Shown: positions 11,010-24,000 of the stretch, piece by piece
How the letters are laid out: each line of letters begins with the position of its first letter
Numbering within the stretch: the first letter of the stretch is position 1
NCBI GenBank assembly: GCA_051294375.1
Contig: CM119265.1
Coordinates: forward strand, 11,905,818-11,969,817
Length of the DNA: 64,000 bases
Direction: 5' to 3'
Source: Paraspadella gotoi
Lineage: Eukaryota; Animalia; Chaetognatha
Notes under the pieces: generated by a model
What the model saw: only the letters and a program-made list of their open reading frames with translations
What the model was told of the DNA's origin: nothing
Database searches by the model: none
Translations under genes and position numbers: made by a program

Positions 11010-11277
11010 TGTGGATAAGGCGCTACGTGGACTGAAGATGACTTTCCGTAACTTCTATAACACCCTCTAGCAGCCATAGAACGGGTCCCTGGGCTTGGAA
11101 CCAGGCTTGAGGGTTTGCCATGCCCCCAAGGCGGCTTACGGCAGGGTAGGTACCGGGTTGGGATTGAACCCGGTGCCTTGTGGTCATGAGCTGATGGCTT
11201 TACTCAATGAGGCACCGGGTTACAACTGAAAGTGTCATGATTCTAGGCGGGGTGAACCTAGGCAATGCCCGACTACA
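11010..11277 (-). mobile_element. Solo LTR, family B (tRNA-Met-like head + twister with ~17-nt deletion)
   Basis: TG..CA termini; TSD ATAT; inverted copy of 20005-20287 but lacking the GCGTGAGGA (P2'/T1) segment. Confidence 0.88.
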
Positions 11278-11423
11278 ATATAACGAATATTGAGATGAAA
11301 TATTATTCATTCCTTATTTAGTTTTTCTTATTAAATTTTGAGGTTTTAAGATAGCAACAGCTTGATTGCTTTAATAAAATTGCATTATTTAGTACTTTGG
11401 AATTGCAGATTTGGTCCAGGACG

Positions 11424-11840
11424 ATGAATCCCACCGAGGAATTCTCGAAAGTCGCCCCGGAACCCAAAACTGATTTCTTGGGCTACGGATTCGCGGCCCT
11501 CGTAATCGTCGGTGGGCTCATGGGCTTCAAAAAAGGCAGCAAGGCATCTCTAGAAGCTGGGCTGCTTTCGGGTAAGTAACGATTTCGAATCAATGGCGAG
11601 GGTAAGGTCCTTCCAGAAACCACAGTTCCTTTTCAATCAGGCGCCGCCATCGGGTTCGCCGCCAACCGTATTTCCAAGGACACCTCCTACGCCTTTTTGG
11701 GAACCGGTATCTGTGGGACCTTGGCCGGAGTAATGGGCTACAGGTTCTATAAGTCGAGAGCCTTCATGCCTGCTGGGCTCGTGGCCGGGTTGAGCACGGC
11801 GATGGCCGGAAGATACTTGTACATGCAGACGAAATATTGA
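11424..11840 (+). CDS. TMEM14: TMEM14 family small membrane protein; exons 11424-11571 and 11641-11840
   Basis: DFLGYGFAALVIVGGLMGFKKGSKASLEAGLLSG | AAIGFAA..GTLAGVMGYRFYKSRAFMPAGLVAGLS; canonical GT-AG intron of 69 bp. Confidence 0.9.
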
Positions 11841-12003
11841 ACGTTAAGCTCGACTTGTTTCCCACTTCGTTGAACTCATGTGAAATGAGTAATTTTTTTT
11901 TGTCGTGATAGCTTGAAGTTGAACTCTTGTTTGAACCTTAGATAATGGATGGATAAGTTCGGTTCGGTTCTTTTTCTCTCCTCCGGATTAAAAAGGGGAA
12001 AAA

Positions 12004-15000
12004 ATGGCGACGAAAATGAAAGAAATAATGAACACGCTTCGAGATAAAAACGAATTAATAGATTTGGCCGTTCATCGCTGTCACGCGCTGGATAGTCTCA
12101 ATCTCTTCACGTCAAAAATAACAACGACGACGTCTTCAACCAAAACTGGTTCTCTCACTGGAATTCCAGTTTCCGTCAAAGACAACTTTTGCACGGTTGA
12201 CTTCCCCACTACGTGCAGCTCGGAGATGCTGCGGAACTTTCGTCCGGGTTACGACGCCACCGTGGTGGCGCGGATGTTGCGCGAAGGAGCCGTCCTCGTC
12301 GGAAAGAATAACATGGACGAGTTCGCCATGGGATCGGGAACGACGGACAGTTGCTTCGGACCTTCGAAGAATCCGTGGAGCTTTCGGGATCGACTTGTTC
12401 ATCGCGGTTCCTTAGAGGACGAAACTGCGCCCTCTTCGTGGCACGTGTGCGGCGGAAGTTCGGGCGGCAGCGCGGCGGCGGTGGCAGCTGGAGTGGTCAT
12501 GGCGGCTTTGGGGTCGGACACCGGCGGATCGACGCGGCTGCCGGCGTCACACTGTGGCGTCGTCGGACTGAAACCGACTTACGGGAGACTTTCTCGTCAC
12601 GGGCTGATTCCGTTAGTCAACTCGCTCGACTCACCGGGTATGGAGAAGGTGGAAATAGGACAGGGTGGTTTTGTTTGTCAATCTGATGGATAATTCCGTC
12701 TGAAGGATAGTCTCCTCTTTTGCTTTCACTTGTTTAAATTTGCCCTCTTAATTGATTAAATTTTATTTATGAAATTGGTACAACCAATATAAAAATTATC
12801 CATTTATTTAATAAATAAGCTATCTTGCCCCTGACTTTGGACAGGCTTTGGTGGTTTAAGGCCTCCATCACTCTTACAAGATAATGACATAGCAGGTCCC
12901 TGCAAGCTTTCAATCAAGACTCTCTCACAGTCTCGTTTATTCACTCCCAGAGTACCTGGCTTCCCTATCAATGAAGTGGTATAATATGGTATAATATTCA
13001 TATGTAATTAATTACGTATATTTCGCATTTGTCGGCTTTGTTAAGAGCGAATTCACCAGAAAATCGTTAATTTTTATTCCGTGATTCAAAACAGGGATTT
13101 TGACGCGAACTGTGGACGACGCAGCCCACATTCTCAACGTCATCGGTGGTCACGACCCTCTAGACTCGACCTCCGTCGTGCCAGATGCGCTTGAAGACAT
13201 CGTCCTGCCGGATACGCCGCAAATACACGACCTCGTCGTCGGAGTCCCGCAAGAATACTTTCACCCGGAACTCGACCCAGACGTGTTGGAATGCTGGATT
13301 AGGATCGGGAGAGAAATGGAAAAAGCGGGTGAATTTCGATGCTCTTGTTTGGTCCATAGGAAAATGACGGCTAATTTGTTTTCATCTCAGGCGCTCGTCT
13401 TGTTTCGGTTTCCCTACCTCACATGCGTTTCTCCATCATCACCTACTCTGTTCTTTGCTGCTGCGAAATTGCTTCCAACATGGCGAGATACGATGGACTC
13501 AGATACGGGCACAGGGATCCCAAAATGGATTCGACGGAAGGTGAGATTTTTTTTTGACTAACGAGGATATTAGGTTATGGGCGCGCCTTGTTTCATGATT
13601 ATCGCGATTAGTATATGAGTACCTGAGTAGATAAGAAAAAAATTTGCGATCATGTTAGAGATGTACGCTCGGTCGAGAAGCTTCGGATTCAACGACGTCG
13701 TCCGCGGACGAATCTTCGCCGGCAACCATTTTCTCTCTCGACGAAATTACGTGCGCTACTTCGCTAAAGCGCAGACAGTACGGAGACTCATCGCCGACGA
13801 ACTCTTCCGCGCATTGGCGCCGGGAGCGGCCGACGTCTTGTTGACGCCGACCACGACGACGCCAGCGTTGACGTTCGAAGGTTAGAGACAGATTCTTTAG
13901 ACTTTCAATGATTGAGATGAGATAGTTTTATATAGGGTAGTGCGGGGTAATTCGGAACAGGGGTAATATGGAACAATGACAAATAAAATGAAATAAAATA
14001 TTTATGTAGGGAACTTGAATAATTATTGCTGGTGCATTAAATATTCCACCAACTTGTCAACTTGTAGAATTCCACTGTTGCTGCAGCAGCAATTTTAAAA
14101 AAGCTTGTCAAATTTCGTCTTTGAGTAGTCGTTTTCAAGCCTCTGTCAAAGTAATATTTGTTGTAATATGATTATGAAATTTTAATAGATGATAAAGGAG
14201 ACTACTAATTTTTACTTACTATTCTAAACATTAAGTGGAGGTGGTCGAGATAAAAATGGCGAATAAAATGAGATGAATCGATTTATTGAAATCAGAAAAG
14301 CGAATGGAATCGAATTGGCTAATTGTACAAAGTGGCATTCATTTTTATACGGAGAGAGAGGAAAAATTTGGTTTACATTTGTAAAGTAAATAATTCTAAA
14401 AATACTTCCAAGTAAGGTAACGTTTTGCGACCGGCGTTTGAACAGAGGGAGCAAAGCAATTTCTTAGAGGGCATTGAAATTTTTAAAGAATTTGACCAGC
14501 GATTTTATTTTCTTTCTTACTAATAATAATAATCAGGATCTCCACTTTTCTGCGAGCCATTTACAAAACCCTATGGGCCTGTGACGTCGATGAGAAGGTC
14601 AACGAGCAACTACAAGCCCTGCTGGCCCGAGACGAAGAGGCCAGCGTCTACATCGACCCGATAAACGGCAGCCTGTGACGCGGCCTCGTGGAGATGTGCG
14701 AGAGGACGTCCATCGGCGCCGCAGAAGTCGCCGATAAAATCGTAGTCATTATTGACCCAGAGGAGCACGAACTTCTCTCCCTCGCAGACTTCGCAAAAGC
14801 AGACACCTGCGACTCCGCCCACCAGCGCATAGCGGAACAACGATTTGGCAGATTCAAGGCGACGCGACGGGAAAATAGAATGCGCGACCCAGAATGCCTC
14901 AAGGTATGGAGAGACCCGATACGCACAGGTGCTGCCCCGTCAGGGAACAAAATACGGACTATATCCACCGGGCCGCACGAGATCGTGGAACGAGATGGAA

Positions 15001-18000
15001 ATCATTTCAAGGTCGCGGTATCCGGACAAAATCTCATCTACCACAGGCAACGACTGAAAGCAGCGACGGGAGACTCGTCCGCTTTCAGAAATTAATAAGA
15101 AAATGAGAAAACAAAACTTGTAAATAAAGAAAAGATAGCAGTAGAAATAGTGGAGAACAAACAAGAGACTACAACAACAACAAACCAAATAGACAAACCA
15201 AAAGAAAATAAATCCACACCCCTCCCTCTAACCAAAAAAATCATCATCATCTTCATCATCCTTGCGAACGAACTTTTGAACTCCGGCGAAACGATCGAAG
15301 CTCGGCCGAAGAATAAAAAAAAAGGGGGAGCGGAGAAAAGGGAGATGGGTGAAGATCGAAAGACAAAGATCAACAGGGTCAAAGAAAAAAAGGGGGGGCA
15401 TTATAGCAACAGCTGGGTTGCCTGTGATGCCCATTGGGGGCTTCCGACCCTCAGTGACGACTCCAGTCACTGGCGCGGTTACCCTAGGACAGTCTCGCTT
15501 TGCCAACGCAGAGGGAATTCGTCAGGACTGGATGGAACACTGCGCCTGGGATGGTGTGTTCCCCCTCTGAGCCAATGGATTTGGCTGAAGGATGGTGGAC
15601 ATGAGGCGGTGTGAATATACTGTCACAGGATCCCTGGGCCAAGACATCACTCAGATTCCTCAAGCCTGAGAGTGTCTGACAAGACTGTTACCATAGTAGG
15701 AGAGAGAGCGTGAGTTGTGGGGCCATAGGCATTTGTCGTAGCGTACCCCAGGGGCATAGGCGTTTGCATAGCATACCCAAAGTCGGCAGGGCATAGGCGT
15801 TTTGTCGTAGCGTACCCTGAGAAGGTTTGCGTGTTTGATAGTAGGGCTCACCACTTATGGCAACAGCCGGATTGCCAGTGATGCCCATTGGGATGAGGCA
15901 TCTCACTGTTGGCTTTGTGGGCTTCCGACCCTCAGTGACGCCTCCAGTCACTGGCGCGGTTAGCCGGTTACCCTAGGACGGTCTTGCTTTGCCAACGCAG
16001 AGGGAAGTCGTCAGGACTGTGGATGGAACACTACGCCTGGGATGGTTCCCCCTCTGAGCCAAGGGATTTGGCTGAAGGATGGTGGACATGAGCCGGTGTG
16101 AATATACCGCCATAGCATCCCAAAAGGGCAAGGAGGGCCAAACGAAGAAGAAAAAAAGAAAGAAAAAGAAAGAAGCAGACATAAGAGAAGGAAGAGAAGA
16201 GGAAGTGAAAACGCATGGCCAGACTCAGCAGAAAAGAAATCAAGAACACTTTCAACAAAAAAAAAAGAGAAAATGAATCGCCGGTTATCAAAATTCACGC
16301 TCGTTGCAATAATCATCGCGCTCAACGCCCCGAACGATGCAACCACGAGAAAAAGAGGCCAAATCGGCGCCACCGACTTTCAAAAAAAGCGTCATTTTTA
16401 ATTGCAACGAGATGACCGACAACACAGCGATTGTGTTGGACGAAACCAGAGGAACGAAAGAAAGATTCGAAACTACAAACCTACTCTTCGCCCAGGAATC
16501 AAACGAACACGACGGCGTTGGCTGTGACCTCACAATAGTGGCGACTGGACGATACTGCGGAAGATGGTCGATCCCAAGGGATATCTGCCTGGACCTGCAC
16601 AGAGGAAAATCAGTGAAACTGCAATCCATTCCAATCCGGATCGCATGAGCTAAACATCATCAAGCACAGGAATGGCATGAACGACGCCACCAGAGCATGC
16701 ACGGGAAAATTGTTAAGCTTTCATGGCCACCGATATGAAAGCGAAAACGCAAAACTGGTTTCAAATCTAACTCTTTATAAAAGAAAAATTAAAGCCGGAA
16801 AAACAAACAAAATCAAAACTCGGGCGCCGCAACCTGGCAAGCCAAGAATGCAGCTACCCAGGCGGCGTCATCGCCTGGGACAACAATGAATGCCGCATCA
16901 AGCTCGCCTACAGGGGAGGCGTCTTCAGGAGCGCCGATAAAATAATCAGATCACTTACTAAGAGCTAGACACATTTTTTTCCGCAAATGGTGATAGAAAC
17001 TTCGAAAAACCACCATTCGATTTGAAATAAAATTCTCTTTCGAATGATGTGTTACATGGTGACAATTTTACAAGCGCCGGTAGAAATATGCTGTCATTTG
17101 CAAACCAGTGGTTATTTTATTGATTTTAAAAATTAGTTGAGTAGAAAATACTAAAACTATTTGTGTTAAAATTTTATATTGATCAGTTAAGATATGCCTT
17201 GACAATGAGTGGAGAAAGTTGGCTTGTAAAATCGGGTTTCATTTTCCAACTCACTTTTTTTAGATTCAATTTTTAGTCGGATCTGCTTATCAGCAGATCC
17301 CGACTCTATAATTCACTTTGTCGGTCCGTCGGTCCGCCCCCTCAATATTGTCGGGCACTAACTTATATCATGTCAGAACATCGAATTATGATAAATTAAG
17401 CAAAAAAAAATGATGTCCGTCCGTCTGTCTCTCTGTCCGTCCGTCGGTCCCACCTTAGCAAAAAACACCACAATTCTCATATATAATAGGTGATGATGAT
17501 TGATGAAATTTGTGTGTGGGTAGGGAAGTGTGGATTGAGCTGGATATAAAGTTTCGATGGAATCGTCCGAGTGGAAATAGGTTTAAATGGAAAAAACCAA
17601 AAAATATAATTCACTATTTGAACTTCAATTGCTCATGAGTGGATGGGGCGATTGACCTGGAATTTTGTATGTGAGTAGGAAAGTGTGTGATTGAACAGGA
17701 AACAAGTTTCGATGGAATCGTTTTGAGTGGAAATGAGTTTAAATGGAAAAAAACAAAAAACCTGTTTCACTAATTGATTATGATTTTTTTTCCTTTTATA
17801 TTAAATGTATATGCAGGATGTATTAATAAATCAAATAATTAATCAGTTAATTAATCAATTAGTCAATTAATCACTAATTAATTAATCAGTCAATCAATCC
17901 GTCCATCCATCCTACCTTAGCAAAAAGCCCCAATAACTCGTGATTGACTGGTTGGATCGGAATGAAATTTTGTGTATGGGTAGTAACATGTGTTATGAAG

Positions 18001-21000
18001 CTGGATATAAAGTTTCGACGGAATCGTGTGAGTGGGATATGATTTTAAATGGAAAAAACATAAGTCGCATTTACTAAAATCTTTTTACTTATTTTAACCA
18101 ATAAATCTCTAATTAATCATAATTGGATGGATAGGATTGAGTTAAAGATATTGTGTGTGGGTAGGAAAATGTGTGACGAAGCTTGATATAAAGTTTCGGT
18201 ACGAGTAGAAAAAATATAAGTCCAATTTACTTTATTTTAAGGACATCGATGATGATAAGCTGTATATAAATTATAATTAATTATTAAATATTAAAATTAA
18301 TTAATTAATTAATCAATTGATTAATTAATTAATTTTCCTAGGCAGATCCGACATTTTTTGCTCAAACTTGTTTTCTCTTACTTTCAGTAAGTTTTCTGAA
18401 GAAATTTGAAATAAAATAGTATTAATTTTATTATTCTTTTGAAAGCCCTTTCAAATCTAAAAAGAATGACGTACTTACAAATACTGTAGTATAAAATTTA
18501 ACTGGCCCAGCTTTAATTAATAAGGATACTCAAAAACGAGACATCTTTTTAAAAATCAATAGCTGGAGAATAAATTATGATATTTATCAAATTGTGATTT
18601 GGCTATCTTAAATCTTTTTTTCTCAGGCTCTTTCATGATACTTATAATAAGTTCAGTGATTTTGATCGAGGAATTCAGAAAAAAAACCACTTTTTGTAAT
18701 ATTGCTAGAATATTACCTTCAAAATAAAAAAAATTATGTCCATTTTTGTCCATTTTCACTTTTGTCTTGAGATTTGAATGCCAAGATCATTGAAGAAAAA
18801 TTTTTTACTCCGGCTTTCAGGTCCTCCTTATCTTCTTTACCTCTGAGTTGGTTCATTTTCAGTTGGTCATTTATTGTTTACCTATGAATTAATTTTTAAA
18901 TTGACTGGTCAAAAACTTACATTTTTACATTTTATTACAATTTGTTAAACAAAAATACTTCAAAATGATCACAATTCTAATAAAATATTCCTTATGAACG
19001 GTGCTTCTGGTACCTAAAAAATTAGGGCAAAATATTTAATACTTTTGCTGCAAAAAAATTTTTAAGTCAACTTTTAATTTGTGAGGATTTGTGAGGTGCG
19101 TTTTATTTGAACTAAAACTCGGTTTTTAACTCATTTTATAGTTTTAACAGATGATAAACATACTAAGGTTGACAAATTAAAAAAAACCGCCTTCTTTTAT
19201 TGAAAGGGGAAGCGTCAGCAAATTAATTTTTCTCAATCGACAGCTTTTTGCGGAAAAAATTTTCGCAAAAATCTGTCGATTTTTNNNNNNNNNNNNNNNN
19301 NNNNNNNNNNNNNNNNNNNNNNNNNNNNNNNNNNNNNNNNNNNNNNNNNNNNNNNNNNNNNNNNNNNNNNNNNNNNNNNNNNNNNNNNNNNNNNNNNNNN
19401 NNNNNNNNNNNNNNNNNNNNNNNNNNNNNNNNNNNNNNNNNNNNNNNNNNNNNNNNNNNNNNNNNNNNNNNNNNNNNNNNNNNNNNNNNNNNNNNNNNNN
19501 NNNNNNNNNNNNNNNNNNNNNNNNNNNNNNNNNNNNNNNNNNNNNNNNNNNNNNNNNNNNNNNNNNNNNNNNNNNNNNNNNNNNNNNNNNNNNNNNNNNN
19601 NNNNNNNNNNNNNNNNNNNNNNNNNNNNNNNNNNNNNNNNNNNNNNNNNNNNNNNNNNNNNNNNNNNNNNNNNNNNNNNNNNNNNNNNNNNNNNNNNNNN
19701 NNNNNNNNNNNNNNNNNNNNNNNNNNNNNNNNNNNNNNNNNNNNNNNNNNNNNNNNNNNNNNNNNNNNNNNNNNNNNNNNNNNNNNNNNNNNNNNNNNNN
19801 NNNNNNNNNNNNNNNNNNNNNNNNNNNNNNNNNNNNNNNNNNNNNNNNNNNNNNNNNNNNNNNNNNNNNNNNNNNNNNNNNNNNNNNNNNNNNNNNNNNN
19901 NNNNNNNNNNNNNNNNNNNCATAATTCCTCCTTTGAGGTCATCAGAACTGATTGGATCTTTAAAGTTGATTGCTGCCATTTTCAGGGAGTGTCTATTCTA
20001 TATTTGTAGTCGGGCATTGCCTAGGTTCACCCCGCCTAGAATCATGACACTTTCAGTTGTGACCCGGTGGCTCATTGAGTAAAGCCATCAGCTCATGACC
20101 ACTAGGTACGGGTTCAATCCCAACCCGGTACCTACCTGCGGAAGCGTGAGGACGCGCCGTAAGCCGCCTTGGGGGCATGGCAAACCCTCAAGCCTGGTTC
20201 CAAGCCCAGGACCCGTTCCATGGCTGCTAGAGGGGGTTATAGAAGTTACGGACAGTCATCTTCAGCCCATGTAGCGCCTTATCCACATGGGAGCCCATCC
20301 TGTCGAGCGTATTCCACCTTCTGATTCCAGGCCCTTGGTCTAGCTAAAGATTGCTCCCCTCCCTCCACTTGATATACTTACAAAAGCTCTAACATAAAAA
20401 GTGAGCTGCCCAGCCTTAGTTCAATTAAGAGTGTCAAAAGTGAATTATTTAAAATTTTAAATCTTTTTTCAAAATATATGACCTGTTTAAATTATTATAA
20501 CATAAAATATTATTATTTATGGCAGTGATTTTGCTTTGGGTATTTTCAATAATGAAATTGGAACTTAAATAACTTAATTCTTTTTTCCCACTGATAAATA
20601 TGAAACACTCTTATTATAAAAAAACGGTTTGGTATTAGTTATCTTTTCCTTATAACATAAAACTCACTAGGTAAATTTTTATGCTTTCAAAATACGGTAA
20701 GACATTATTTCTTTCACGTCAATCATTCCAATTACGGTATCAGCCTTAATTAAGAAGAACTAAAAACGATTTTTCATGGTAAGAACAACTTTTAAAGATA
20801 AAATTGCTCGTAAAAACTGTTGTTTTTTTTAGATATACTACTACTTAGGCAAAAAAATCGGCACACTATGTTATGAAACTTTTTTTTGTTTTCCTTTTCT
20901 TTCTTAATTTCTTTCTTTTTTCGAACTTTTGCTCTGACTCTCTCTTTTTCTCTTCTCTCTGTGTTAAGTATTTTGATGCTTCACGCTCCCATAATAAGCG

Positions 21001-24000
21001 TTAAATTTATTTTATTTCGACATAGTCAGTAACTCTGTCCTTCAGCTGTCCTCACCTTCAATACTATCCATTACTCAATTCTTTGGTGGACGCTCTCTCT
21101 CTCTTCTCTTTCTCTTCATCATAATGTTTGACAAAATTTCTTATAAAATTCACCACTGTGCTGAAGAAGACTCGAAAAAGAATCGAAACATGTCCGTTTC
21201 AAAATAAAAGTGAGAATATATTGGCATCTTGGAAAACCTGATGAATTTTTTAAAAAGATTGCATAATAATGCAAACCCACAAATTCTGGACAAGAATATA
21301 ATGGATCTACTTGCTTTGGTACAGAATACACATATGTCCCCTCTGCCTTTAAAAATCCAAACTGTCTCCACCTCAACTCAAACCTATTCACCCAAGCCAA
21401 TGCTTCAACCCAGACCACAAAAGCCAAAGCTAGTTGCAATAAATCAACTCGGACAAAAATTCCCTACTCAACCCCCTCTTCCCAAACTACACAAATCACC
21501 ATCATTTCTGATTCAGTTTCAACACAAACCAATGTTGCCAAGACTGATTCTCAAGTGCAGACCCACTTACCAACTGTCAAAGACTATGCTAAAGATGTGA
21601 AAACTCAAGCTGGAAAAATCCAAGGAGAAACTTCATTTGCAAGAATCAACTCAAACAAGTATCAACACAAAAATCAAGCCTGCTCTTATCAGTCTCCGGC
21701 CAAGAAATGGGAAACAAAATCAAGAAGTGAAAGAACTTGTGGCCACTCGAATAAGGAATAATTCAGGATTCAAAAACTCGATGAAAAGACTTTAAATCAA
21801 ACTCGAAATCTTTTGTTTTCCAAGTAATTCATTTTACTTGCTCAAGATGTCTCCTTTACAAAAGATCTTTTGTTATTTAATTCTCCACTGATTGTTTACT
21901 TTATTTGATTGTTAACTGAAGAAATTCAGTCTGGTTCTCTCTCAGATCAAGAACAAATAAATACTAATCTTGATTCTCAACTCGTTTTATTCTAATCATC
22001 TAATGTAGTAAATACATTGAAATAAAGATGAGCAAAACTTAAATGAATTCTCTTCATCAATTAAATGATAAAACAATTTGAATCCCGTCTCACTCTTTCC
22101 CTGCAACTTCGTCACTCGGGAATATTCATTCTTCGTGCCAACGTCTTAGTCACGTGACCCGTCCGTGTCACGTGCCCTTCGTCACGCTGTGGCTACTCTG
22201 GGCCCTTGCCACAAACTGGACCCTGGAAAGAATACATGATCCCTCAAACCTGCGCTGAAAAGATCTATATCCCCCCTCATCGACGTGTTCATCAAGACCA
22301 AAGAAGGCAACCAGCTTTTGGAAAATGCAAAAATACTTACCCTGGACTGACTTACGACCATGGTTGCGCCAGAAGTTTGCTGCATTTTTGGCCCAGACTT
22401 TACCATTGCCTTTTTTTTTAAGAATTGATATCAGTCATGGTGCAGTAGCATATCTTGACAATGACTGTGACATAAATTAAAAATAAACTTTTTAATCATT
22501 TAAATAGGGACCAACTCCGCAGATAATATAAAATTTCGACTATTAGCAAAGTATTTTTAGTTGTCTTGACTAAATATTTAGGCAATCATTTTCAAAAAAA
22601 ATTTACATTTTACGTCTTGATTAATACATTAAATATTACTTGTGTTTTTTACATTATAAAATTTTTTTCTGAAATCTGAAAATTTTTTTATGGATTCTGA
22701 TAGAGCACAAAAAGTTAAACAAGAAATATAATTACAGCTTTTAAAAATTCTTACGTTTTCTATGTGAAAATATACAGAAGGCTTCATATTAAAAAATGTG
22801 GTACCCCTTTTTTGTGACCAGAACACGTTCCGAGAAAACTACTGAATAGAATTTAATGAAATTTTGCATGCGGAGTACCAGTAGTGATACAAATGGAACT
22901 ACCGAGGCAAATTTTTACATACCACCCCTAAGCTGAGATAAGGGGTCTTGAGGGGGCAGCCCCTGAGGGCCATAAATGGTCAAAAAAGTTTTTAAAATTT
23001 TTTTATTATTTTTGTTTTTAACAGTTGCACAGTCGTTTACTCTTCCACAAAAACATATTTATTACCTCAAAAATATTCATTTACCTTAATTTTTAGCTTC
23101 ATGAACATCAGCAGTTAAAGTCAGATTTGGAATAATTTGGGAAAATTGGAAGTAAAACGATGAACCATGCATCTTTAACCATGCTTAATTATTTCAAATT
23201 TATCAATTTTAGTTCTAAAATGCTTTTTTCTTATGTTTAAAACGTCGATGCACCTGATGCTATTAAAAAAAATTTAAAAAAACAATTTTTAGCATTTTTT
23301 GGCCCCCCAGGGGTCCAGCCCCAGGGCCCTGTATCTCTTGTCAAGGGTTGAATATCAAAATTCGCCTCGATAGTTCCATTTATATAGTCTTTAGCACTCT
23401 AAATGTAAAATTTCATTAAATTCGATTGGGTAGTTTGGTGGGAACAGATTCTGGTCACAAAAAAGGGGTAGTACATTTTATAATATGAAGCCTTCTGTAA
23501 AAAAACTAATTTTTTACGGTTTTTGTTATTTTTGACTCATCATGAAAATATTTAAAAAAGAATTATACTTTGTGAAGACAACTTTTTATGAGCTATCTGA
23601 ATCCGGTCTTAAAATTTAAAAATTATGAAAACAATTTTTTGCCTTTCCTATTTATAAATAAATATTAAAAAATTAATTATTTGGGTATAGAGCCACATAA
23701 GAAATGTTTTGTCCATTGAAAGTATACTTCAAAATGTATAAATTTTCGTTTGAGCATGTAATCATTCTAAATTTTTGACTCACCCCATTGAGTGGGGCTA
23801 CCCCTAATTTAAATAGCGTTTGATAGAAATCCAATAGTTTTAGTTTGTGACTTCTCTCATTTTTTTAGTTCTGTGTCTTTGTTTTTTAGTCCAGAGGGAA
23901 ACATGATGATGTAATGCCACGCCATTGGGGGCCTGGATATGACATCTTGGTCAAAAAGGGGGACACAGAGGAGGATTTAGCTTGCCGTCCCATTCTCCTC

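Noticed and set aside
15381-15398. Purine run as a PPT for a + strand LTR
   Set aside because: It lies outside the GCAT TSD, and the PBS places the element on the - strand.
19223-20009. Long ORFs of 239-253 aa
   Set aside because: Artefacts of translating through the N gap.
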